From: Octopus sinensis
Lineage: Eukaryota
Assembly (NCBI RefSeq): GCF_006345805.1
Contig: NC_043012.1
Coordinates: 40,300,001-40,364,000, forward strand
DNA: 64,000 nucleotides
Direction: 5' to 3'
This document shows positions 35,204 through 45,300 of the stretch, piece after piece; position 1 is the stretch's first letter, and each line of letters opens with the position of its first letter. Below the pieces are notes generated by a model that ran no database searches, was not told the origin of the DNA, and was given only the letters and a program-made list of their open reading frames with translations. Both the position numbers and the translations under genes were made by a program.

Positions 35204-38200
35204 TATTATTATTATTAATATTATTATTATTATTATATTATTATTATTATTATTATATTATTATTATCATTATTATTATTATTATTATATTATTGTTATT
35301 ATTATTATTATATTATTATCATTATTGTTATTATTATTATTATTATTATCATTATTATCATTATTGTTATTATTATTATTATTATTATCATTATTATTAT
35401 ATTATTATTATCATTATTATCATTATTATTATTATTATTATCATTATTATTATATTATTATTATCATTATTATCATTATCATCATTATTATTATTATTAT
35501 TATTATAGATTCTGTGACTCCAACTTTTGCTGCTGCCGTCTTATTTGTCAACAATGAACGTTGGAAAGGTGTTCCTTTTATTTTAAGATGTGGTAAAGGT
35601 AAGCAATTTTAATTCTTTAATTATTAAACAAAAACGCTTTAAGCATTTCAGTTAAATACATGATTCTGTTAATTATTGTGACGTGTTAACAGAGAGAAAA
35701 GTAAGTTTATAAGATTGGTTGATATGATGACCGTGTGTATATGTTGTGTGTGTGTATAGAGTTAGCCTGTTGTGTAAATGTGTGGTGGGGCCTATGTACA
35801 GCCAGCTGTGTGCATTTGTACAGTTGTATGTGTGGGCCTATGGACATCTGTAGAATCAGTAGTATGTGTGGTGGGGGCTATGTACAGTTAGCTGTCTGTA
35901 TTTGTACAGTTGTGTGTGTGTGGGCCTATGGACATCTGTAGAGTTAGTTGTGATGTGTGTGTGTGTGTGTGTCGGGGGGACCTATGGATATCTGTACACT
36001 GAACTGTGTGTGGTCATTCCTGTTGTTTGACATACTCAGACACCTGACTGACACATCTACCCTTAACTTTATCCCCTGTCTCTACCCTGTCCCTGTGTCC
36101 ACTCTTGGTTTTACTCCACAAATGAAATCGGGGATCTTTGAATGGAATATAAGAGTAATAGTGACATAGAACAAAGCTGTTAACTTTATTATGCACCTGG
36201 CACTCCATCGGCTACCACAAGGGTGCCAGCCTGCTCGTGAAATTAATGTGCAAGTGGCTGAGCGCTCCACAGACACTTGTACCCCTAATGTAGTTCTCGG
36301 GGAGGTTCAGCATGACATGTAGTGAGACAAGACCAACCCTTTGAAATGCAGGTGCTACTCATTTTTGCCAGCTGAGTGGACTGGAGCAACGTGAAATAAA
36401 GGGTCTTGCTTACAAACACATGGCAGGAATTGAACTCATGACCTTGCAATTGGTAGCTGAATACCCTGACCACTAAGCCATGATGTGACTTTATTATGGA
36501 CAGTCCATAACTACTGCGCTTTAGGAACAATGAATTTTTTCCTATTTATTTTTTATTTTTTATTCTTTTAACTTGTTTCAGTCATTTGACTGTGGCCATG
36601 CTGGAGCACCACCTTAAAGTAGAGTAAATCGACCCAGGACTTATTCTTTGTAAGCCTAGTACTTATTCTATCTGTCTCTTGTGTCGAATCGCTAAGTTAC
36701 AGGGACATAAACATACCAACATAGGTTGTCAAGTGATGGTGGGGGGGGACAAACACACACACACACATTCATGCGTAAATAAATAAATATATACACACAC
36801 ACACACACACACACGACTGGCTTCTTCCAGTTTCCGTCTACTAAATCCACTCACAAGGCTTTTGATCAGCCAGAGGCTATAGTAGGAGACACTTGCCCAA
36901 GGTGCCACGCAGTTGGACTGAACCCAGAACCATGTGGTTGCGAAGCAAGCTTCTTACTACTCAGCCACTCCTGTGCCTATATTCACTATTACAACAATTC
37001 TGGGTACAATTATATCACCGTCATCCACCCCACCCCTACCTCCTCCCTACCCTGGCCTCCACCCAGTTTCTACCCCCATTTTTATCTCTCTAATACCCGT
37101 ACCCTTTCCTCTTTCAGCTCTCAATGAACGTAAAGCTGAGATTCGCATCCAGTTCCAGGATGTTCCGTCTAACATCTTCAATCGCGGCTGCATCAAGCGG
37201 AATGAACTGGTTTTCCGTGTCCAGCCGAGGGAGGCCATCTACATGAAGGTGATGACCAAGCTGCCTGGAATGTCCTTCAACTGTGAGGAAAGTGAACTTG
37301 ATCTGACCTTTGAGAACCGATTTATGGTCAGTTGGAACACCTTTTTTTCTTTTTTTGAAATTTATTTATTTACCGAGTTTCGCTCATTGTTATCCATCCC
37401 GGCCCTCGTTACCGTTGGCATCTTCGTTTTCATATTCATTATCGCCATCAACATCTTTAGCACCCTGGTCTCTATCCTCAACATCAATAACACCACCACC
37501 ATCATCACCAACAGCTATCAACATTATAATTGCTGCTACTATCATCATCATCACCACCATCAGTGACACCACCACCACCACCATCATCATCATTGCCACC
37601 ACCATCACCAATGACTATCATCATTATAATTGCTGCTACTATCATCATCATCACCACCATCAGTGACACTACCACCACCACCATCATCATCATTGCCACC
37701 ACCATCACCAATGACTATCATCATTATAATTGCTGCTACTATCATAATCATCATCACCATCATCATCATCATGATTTCCAATTGGGTCAAATCAGCTGCT
37801 GAAATAGTTTTGAAGAAAGGAAGGACAGAATGAATAATTTAATCTTAGATTTTGTTAAGACAAAGAAAAAAGACAGGATTACCTTTGTTCTAATTAATTT
37901 AAAGAATAATGAAGAATTTAATAAAATAATTTTGTTACGATTTAGACTCCTCAAGATGAGTGAAATTGCAGTTCTGGCCGTTCCTGGTGTCATGTAAATG
38001 GTACCCATGAAATTGTAATTGTGGCTGTGGCTGGTAGCATGGTCTTCGAATGTTGGGCCTTTTGGAAGTGAGGGACAGGATGGTGAAGCATGATCTTTGA
38101 ACGTTGGGCCTCACACAGGCGATGACAAGTGACCCGAGACATTTGCTGATTTGCTCTGCTGGAAAAAACTCATCGAACCAAGTGAAACCTTAGTTGTAGC

Positions 38201-40019
38201 CTTTGCCGGTGTCATGTAAAAGGCACGTAAAAAGCACCCACTACACTCTGTAAAGTGGTTGGCATTAGGAAGGGCATCCAGCCTTAGAAACTATGCCGAA
38301 TCAGGCTGGAACCTGGTGCAGCCCTCTGGCTTCCCACTTCCAGTCAAACCGTCTGACCCATGCCAGCATGGAAAGCAGACGTTAAATGATGAGGATGATG
38401 ATGGTGATGATGAGGATGATGGTGAATTAAGCTGGTGTTTTGAACTTAACTTTGAAGGAAGGTTTTTAATTTCGATCCCTTTAAAGCAAGAAACTTTTAT
38501 CATAAAACCAGGGCTGATCCCAGGTGAATTGGTACGGGCCCTTCCACATTACTCCATAAGGAACATAGGCCCGGTTTCCTGGTTTCTCTGGCATATCAAA
38601 TGGGTTAAATGGATGCTGCACAAGAATGCCAATGAAGTCCAAATTTGTTGTAAGTTTGTGTGCAGTCAACAATTTTGATCCCTTCTTCAACGGGATTCTG
38701 ATGCATGTTACTCATCTTCATTGGCAGCTCCCTTCTTTTCGATGTTGGGTTTTCTCCAAGCTCAGACATCATCCTGTTTTGGAATATTTCAAGTTAGATA
38801 GCATTTTATTTTTTAGAGGTGATATCCATTGAAAATCCTTCTTAACTCTACATCTTCCATCCACTTTTCATATGCTTCTGCTGGTTGTTAGGGAAATGTG
38901 AAATGGCAGCAACATATGACAAATGAATGCCTTTAAGGAGACAAGCAAAGACAGCTACGACTGTCTGGTCATTGAGTGCACCACCTTGAAATGGAAGCAT
39001 CCAAACTAGTCTCGTGAAATCCACAAAATGGAAAATGTTGCACTTACTTTGACAAGTTGATTGCTGGCAAAGGCCTGGAATATATCCACAACCGAGAAGT
39101 GTGGCCAGTCGACTTTGGTACTGCAGGCCAGGTTGGAACCCAGCCATAATAAATAATAATACAAGCTGGGCCAAAAAGTCACCCTCCAAACATTTGACAT
39201 TTCATTTGTTGTTATTGTTATTATTCATTTTGTTCCTCGGGTACAGGAATCTGGGGCTTTTTTTATCATCATTATTTTATTTTAAGAAAACCAAAGCATG
39301 TCTTTGGCAATTTCAGAGCATATTGAACTTACTTTGTGTGAGACTTTTGGCCCACTGTGTATATTCCTCCCTGGATGGCATGCAAGTCCATCTCAGGATG
39401 ACTCATTTTTGCCAGCTGAGTGGACTGGAGCAATGGGAAGTGAAGCATCTTGCTCAAGAGCACAACAGAGCACCCTGGTCCAGGAATTGAAACCACAATC
39501 TTAGTCATGAGTCCCAAACCGTAACCACTAAGCCATGTGTGTTGGTATCAAAAGGGTATCAACCAGGTGTGTTAGGACTAAATAACAACAACAACGAAAG
39601 CAACCCGTTGGGGTTGTGTGATTTCCTTTTCTGGATCCAATATCATGAGTTTTCTTTTTCTTTTCCCCTTGAATTCTGCTTTCAGGATGCCAAGTTCCCA
39701 GATGCCTATGAACGTCTCCTCATCGACGTCTTTGCTGGTTCCCAAATGAACTTTGTCCGTTCTGATGAATTATATGAAGCTTGGCGTATTTTCACTCCGT
39801 TTCTGGATGAGATTGAATCTTCGAAAGTGAAACCAATTCCATACAAGTTTGGCAGGTAAGACACTTAACGAATACTCTGTAATATAGGAGAATGATTATG
39901 AACTTTGTGTTGGTCAGCGAAGGTGGTGAAGAGCGGATGAAAGCCATAACCAAATGTCAGGCCACCTCTCTACCCTGGGGCTGGCTGAAATTAAGAAAAA
40001 AAAGAAACTTACTAACTAT

Positions 40020-40101
<82 letters not shown>

Positions 40102-42207
40102 CATCCCTCTCTCTCTTTCGGAGAGGCACTGAGCAGCTATACGCACACATACACACACGGCAGTAACTTCCGCCGACCAAATTGAATGACAAAGCTCCGG
40201 TCAGCTCGGGGCTATAGTGGAAGACACCTACCCAATGTGCCACGCAGTGGGACTGAACCCAAAACCATGTAGTTAGGGAGCAAGCTCCCCAACCACGCAG
40301 CCATGCCCGCGCTTATATATATAAAATGGGCTTCTTTCGGTTTCTGTCTACCAAATCCACTCACAAGGCTTTGGTTAGCCCAAGGCTATAGTAGAAAAAA
40401 ACACTTGCCCAAGGTTCCACGCAGTGGAACTGAACCCAGAACCATGGCAGTTTGGAAGCAAGCTTCTTACCACACAGCCACTCCTATGCCTATATGTACA
40501 GATTAGTATGCTAATTTAATCCTAGTGTTTTCTGGACAGAAATGTCTGGAAAGCATTGTCATGGAAGGAAGAGTAGAGAATAGTTGGTCAAGAGGCAGGC
40601 AAAGAACACGGCGGATGGACAGTGTGACGAGTTGGTTGGCAAAAGTGGCTGGCAGCTGGAGAACTTGCACTTAATCAAGAAGACTTTGGCTGATCCATGT
40701 GCTGCAGGTGTTCAATACACGAAGACAACAAGTTTGATCAGCAGAGTACCCTTAAGTGGTTGTCAAGAGGTACTCTTCACAATTATGTGGTTTTAGGTTC
40801 AATTCTGCTGTAGTTTGGATAAGTTTCAGCTGTGGTTGAAAATGTAATTGCATTGACAGAAACTTTGCAGATGGCTTCTATCTATTCTTGAGGGTATAAC
40901 CAAAACTGGATCTATAATTCTGGCAGTATTACAGCTGCCGATTCTTTAGAAAGTGCAAGGAGAAACTACAATCCCATGGGGTGATTACAATGCAATACTG
41001 CTCCTACTTTTTGGGGTCAGTGCATCTGTAGTACGCAACAGGCGCCTTGCATGTGCATTGGAATATTTCTCCCAGATTTGGGACAGTGCTGCTGCCACAT
41101 ATGCACACGCATGCATCCATCCATACACACACACACACACATTCACTCTTTTTCTTTCTCATGCACCGAGATTCACTCTTCCACACATTCACCTACACAG
41201 ACAGACACCCAAACATGCACACCCCAGCACATGCACTTACACACACACACTTGCAGATGCCTACACATGCTTTCATACACATACCTACACCCTCACACAC
41301 ACAGGACGGGCTTCTGTACAATTTCCATCTATCACATGGCATTGGTCAAGCTGAGGCTACAGTAAAAGATCCTTGCCCATGGTAATCACCCCATGGTAAT
41401 CCACCCGATGGGATTGAACTTGAAATCACATGGTTGAAAAGAAAGCTTCTCAACAACATGACCATTCCTAAAACATTCTTAAACAAAAAACAAAACAAAA
41501 TCAAAATTTAATGTCACTTGGTTTAGTGATACCAGCTTCCTCTTGGGGGCTATAAGTGGAATTGACTCTTTTGTAAGCATTCTGGTTTGGTCTCCAGATT
41601 GAGGATAATTTCACCAGACCATAAGATCCTGCAAAAGGCCATGAGAGGGTATTGCCCTGTTTTCTCGAACCAAGTCCTAAAGAAAGTAAAATAAAACTAC
41701 CCATACAACTAAATCAGAGTAAGGGTAGCTACCATGTGGAGATAATTGGGAGTGTGAGGGTGGTTGCCATGTGGAGGTAATTTAGGGAGTGTAAGGATGG
41801 CACCATGTAGAGGTAATTGGTGGAGTGTGAGGGCAGCTATCATGTAGCAGTAATTGGGGATCCAACTGTGGTGAACATGGAGGGGTAATTAGGGGTGCAA
41901 CTGTGGTGACGGTGTAGCAGTAATTGGGGATGTGAGGGTGGCTGCCCAATCACATTTGGTATCCCTCAGTTCCTTCATAAAGTGACAGTCTTCAATTTGT
42001 GTTGTTGAAAATGTTCAGTTTTCCATAAACCAAAACTAGACATTTCTTTTTCTTCTTCAGATCAAATGCTTTCTGTTTTAATAAAATCTAATGTTTCAAT
42101 TTTTCTTCTTCCCCAGTCGTGGTCCACCAGAGTACGACACCTTGACCAAATCTTTCAACTTTGTCTATTCTGGAACCTATCGATGGCCAGACGCATCCAA
42201 AATATAA
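23716..42207 (+). CDS. G6PD: Glucose-6-phosphate 1-dehydrogenase, 5'-partial: join(23716..23753,26575..26683,27183..27391,28732..28893,29476..29601,31314..31407,33128..33254,35509..35598,37118..37326,39686..39855,42117..42207)
   Basis: The 11 exons all have AG/GT boundaries and splice into one open frame of 1425 nt ending in TAA. The protein contains [44 protein letters not shown] and YSGTYRW. Confidence 0.98.
24537..24835. mobile_element. Fold-back element with 99-bp inverted arms
   Basis: Arms 24537-24635 and 24737-24835 match at 94/99; 101-bp spacer; no clear TSD. Confidence 0.85.
25975..26430. mobile_element. Two tandem piggyBac-like MITEs (25975-26188, 26201-26430); other copies 8618-8846 (inverted), 34972-35077 (truncated), ~58600-58870
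   Basis: Termini TTAACCCT...AGGGTTAA and a shared internal sequence. Confidence 0.7.
26575..26683 (+). CDS. G6PD: G6PD exon (109 nt) (W)[21 protein letters not shown]...PYMK
   Basis: acaacag acceptor and gtaaga donor; frame continuous with both neighbours. Confidence 0.96.
27183..27391 (+). CDS. G6PD: G6PD exon (209 nt) VKSDEM...[10 protein letters not shown]...CMAH(E)
   Basis: ttacag acceptor and gtgagt donor; matches ORF 27174..27395. Confidence 0.96.
28732..28893 (+). CDS. G6PD: G6PD exon (162 nt) with EKPFG and RIDHYLGKE
   Basis: tttgtag acceptor and gtaaat donor; substrate-binding signature. Confidence 0.98.
29476..29601 (+). CDS. G6PD: G6PD exon (126 nt) (R)[11 protein letters not shown]...[12 protein letters not shown](R)
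   Basis: tttag acceptor and gttggt donor; lies inside ORF 29438..29926. Confidence 0.96.
29622..29882. repeat. Compound (TG)/(CA/TA) microsatellite just after a G6PD donor
   Basis: Direct reading; it explains the His/Thr/Tyr-rich ORFs in the track. Confidence 0.95.
31314..31407 (+). CDS. G6PD: G6PD exon (94 nt) DVMQNHLLQ...IRNEK
   Basis: tttcag acceptor and gtgtgt donor; catalytic His motif. Confidence 0.96.
31658..31904 (+). mobile_element. Mariner-derived fold-back element retaining the transposase C-terminus
   Basis: TA flanks; TIR TTGGGTTG..CCATAATTATTGC (Hsmar1-like); ~90-bp arms; 31754-31816 encodes [20 protein letters not shown]. Confidence 0.8.
33128..33254 (+). CDS. G6PD: G6PD exon (127 nt) VKVLKC...GQYVG...[10 protein letters not shown]
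   Basis: ttacag acceptor and gtaagt donor. Confidence 0.96.
33480..33892. mobile_element. MITE with 47-bp TIRs, superfamily unassigned
   Basis: 33480-33526 against the reverse complement of 33846-33892 matches at about 42/47. Confidence 0.8.
35078..35506. repeat. Long imperfect (ATT)n microsatellite abutting a G6PD acceptor
   Basis: About 430 bp of ATT with ATC/GTT variants ending directly in ag at 35507-35508. Confidence 0.97.
35509..35598 (+). CDS. G6PD: G6PD exon (90 nt) (D)[29 protein letters not shown]
   Basis: tattatag acceptor and gtaagc donor; seen at the end of ORF 35325..35612. Confidence 0.95.
35781..35995. repeat. GT-rich minisatellite (~88-bp unit x2 plus partials)
   Basis: Repeated gggcctatg(g/t)aca and tttgtacagttgt blocks. 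Confidence 0.75.
37118..37326 (+). CDS. G6PD: G6PD exon (209 nt) (A)[12 protein letters not shown]...[11 protein letters not shown]
   Basis: ctctttcag acceptor and gtcagt donor. Confidence 0.96.
37480..37775. repeat. 100-bp period tandem repeat of CAT/CAC-rich sequence (about 3 copies)
   Basis: cattataattgctgctactatcat at 37522, 37622 and 37722. Confidence 0.9.
39686..39855 (+). CDS. G6PD: G6PD exon (170 nt) [15 protein letters not shown]...PIPYKFG(S)
   Basis: ctttcag acceptor and gtaaga donor. Confidence 0.96.
41728..41948. repeat. G-rich degenerate minisatellite (~36-bp unit, about 6 copies)
   Basis: Repeated catgtrgaggtaattggg(g)agtgtgagggtgg. Confidence 0.75.
42117..42207 (+). CDS. G6PD: G6PD last coding exon (91 nt) RGPPEYD...[13 protein letters not shown]
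   Basis: ttcttccccag acceptor; TAA at 42205-42207. Confidence 0.95.
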
Positions 42208-42357
42208 AATACATTCTGTCAGGTCTTGTAATTCTTGTCAACACAAAATGAAAAACATTGACACAATTTTTCTAACCCACCCCCACTTTTCTTTTTTTTT
42301 TTGCAAAAAATATTATTTAACAGTAATTTATATAAGTCTCTGGATATAACTTGTTTA

Positions 42358-42363
42358 AATAAA
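42358..42363 (+). promoter_or_regulatory. Candidate G6PD polyadenylation signal AATAAA
   Basis: First AATAAA about 150 nt after the stop, followed by a U/GU-rich tract. Usage is not verified. Confidence 0.5.
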
Positions 42364-45300
42364 AATTATTTACATGTTTGAATATTCATGTTTGACGCAT
42401 GTTTTTAATTACTACATGTTGAAGTGTGTTACCATCATGTTTTTATTTCTAAAACTAAACCCATTCTGTATTATTTAAAAATTTAGAACTTGTATATTTA
42501 ATGGTTATGAGTCTGAACTGGGAACTAACTTTAGGTGTATGTAGATGAGTGTAACTGACAACCCTAATGAGGTAATTAGGAAATTAATACCAAAGGTGGA
42601 AAATATGAGTGGTTCTAGCATAGCATAGAAGAGAAGGGCAACGTTACTCCTGCAAGAATAGATTTATTTCAGGTCCCTGAAAGTGCACCAATAAACATCC
42701 ATGTTTGGCTTAATCATGCATTATGTACTTGCTTTCCTTTCTCTACATAAACACATTTAAGATATCTGTTGATTATCAGGAATATAAAAGAAAAAAAAAA
42801 AGGTTAGAACTCTGGCAACATTGCCAAACCCCAATTTAATGGTAAACAATACCAGTAGAATAATATCTTGTTTCTACTTGTATTATTTAAACATTTAGAA
42901 ACCAGTTCTGTCTAGTTGCAAGATACAGCCAGACTGTGCTTATGCTGTTGTAACTAGAGCTGGGTTTGACCTCATTGTTAGCTTTCATTCTCAGGAAATA
43001 AATTCCACCAAATTCCATAAAATAATCATATATTTTTTTTAGTTTTATTTTTACAAGACACTTCCAACATTTTGAAATCTTTTGTTTCGATATTTCTGTT
43101 AAAATACCCTCAGTTTCTGTCAATTTCCAGCCCCTTTGCCTCTCCTCTGTATCCCGTGAGAAACACAACATATTTCCTTGGTTTTCTCTGCATCATCCAT
43201 GATACACATTCCCAATTTTCTCTCAACCACCAGAAACACTTGGGACTTAGGAAAGGAAAGCTTTATGTTACTCAAAACCTATGAACCAAGGGCTAATTAA
43301 AAGTCTGAAAACAATCATGAACATTTAGGACACATTTATGAAAATGCCCTGGATAAGCAAAGGGTTAAAATAATTTAAGATTTAGTAAATTAGCTTAATC
43401 CTTATTAATCTGATGCCTGGAACTTTAATTTGCATGAGATTTTGATGTGATGGAAGGTTTTAATAAAATAGAACCAGGAATGGTATTGGTGTCTGAAGGA
43501 TTTACTCTTTAGTATTTAAACTGGCGCCCATATCCACCCCAAATACTCCACCTGTTTTATGTTCAAACTGGCCAGATCTGGCCTCTCACACCCACCCTAC
43601 AATGTCATTCTAAAAATAAACAATCACATCATTGAAATCTCAGTTACAAGATAATGCATGATTATTTGAAAATAATGTGAATAAATAAGTATTAATCTCA
43701 GAGAGTAATCTGAGTGCTTAAAGGATTAAACCACAAGCAGGAAGGACAGAGAGAGCTTATACATGCGTATTTGGCTTGCTAGATATAGCAGACATATGCT
43801 CCTCAAACTGCATCTTATTGTGTTAACCCTTTTAACATATTTCTGTGGAAAAACATCCACTTTGTTGTGATTAATTATGAAGACTTAAGCAAAACAACTT
43901 TGTCACCATTAAGCTGGTGTTTAGAAGAAAAACTAGAATGAAATTTAGATTCAGATAAAGAAGTGCAGAGCTTTAATTGTGGAAGGGTTAGACCTAGGAA
44001 GATGTGGGGCAAAGTGGTGAGAAAGGATCTTCAGAGACACTGGGCTTCACTGAAGAAACGACAAGGAACCAATTATAGTGACTTGAGAAAGGATCTTTAA
44101 ATGCTGGGCCTCACTGAGGAAACAACAAGGGGCCAGTTGTGGTGATTTACTGTACTTGAGAAGAAGCACCAGGTTAAGTAGAATTGGTGTCATCTATATA
44201 TTCAGGTCTGTCTTTTATAGATGCCAGTTCCACATAAAATGCACTCATGGCCGGTGGCACGTAAAGAGCACCCAATAGACTCTGTAAAATGGTTGACATT
44301 AGGAAGGGCATCAAGCCATAGGAACCATACCACAACAGAGAAATGGAGTCTGAACAGCTCTGGTCAAACCATCCAACCCTTGTCAGCATGGAAAACATGT
44401 TAAATGGTTATGACATTAAAACATGAAGCATACATCACAGAACAATCTTGGATGGGTTGGTATCAAAAAGGGGTTAAAATAAGGACCCAAAATAACCTCT
44501 ATATGCCCTTAAATAGATGAGATGGTCATAGGCAGACTGGCTCGGGAGCCTCTACCTGGTCACCCAATGTGCTAGTAATAGTAGTTAAAGCTCTTCAAAA
44601 TCACACCACTAGCAAACCTCTTTTTAGCTCAGTGTATTGAAATATTTTTAAAATCCTGTTGTTTCAAATTTTGACACAAAGCCAGCAATGTTTTAGGAGA
44701 CAGGATTATTCGATTCCATCACCCCAAGGACGAAAGCAAACATCAACCTCAGAATAATAATGCCAAGAGGACTCAGAGAGTGCAAACCTCTGCCAAAGCA
44801 ACACCAATGTCCTCTCAACGATTATCCGGAGATGATTTTTAAAACGAGAATATTTGAAAAAAACTCGACTGCTCTCACAAACGAAAATACAAAAAATAAA
44901 CTGTAACTGCTCTCAAAAATTAAGTAAAAACCCAGAAAAATAATCCAAAATCCTTGTCTGGTACTTGATTGATCCCAATGGTAGTCATGGAATGTGAAGA
45001 TAGGTGTGTGGGCCATGTTTGTAATGCTGTGTGTGTGTGTGTGTTGTTTGCAGTGGGAACAGGGACAGTTATCTCTATGTAGACCCTTTTTTTTAAGTCT
45101 ATCCAATGATATAGGGTCTTTATGACCATTAAGGTCTATAGTAGAAACTTTGCATGAAAGAAAATGGAAAGGACCTGCATACGGTGCTGTTAACGGAGGT
45201 TTAACAACATCATTGCACACTAAAACATGAGTCCAAGAAGTAAAGCTTCCTTCAAGGCAGAGCTAGAAATGCAATTGTCAAGTAGATGAGAGGTTTTAAG

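Noticed and set aside
36934-37566. 210-aa ORF as a standalone gene
   Set aside because: Only 37118-37326 is G6PD exon; the rest is intronic read-through.
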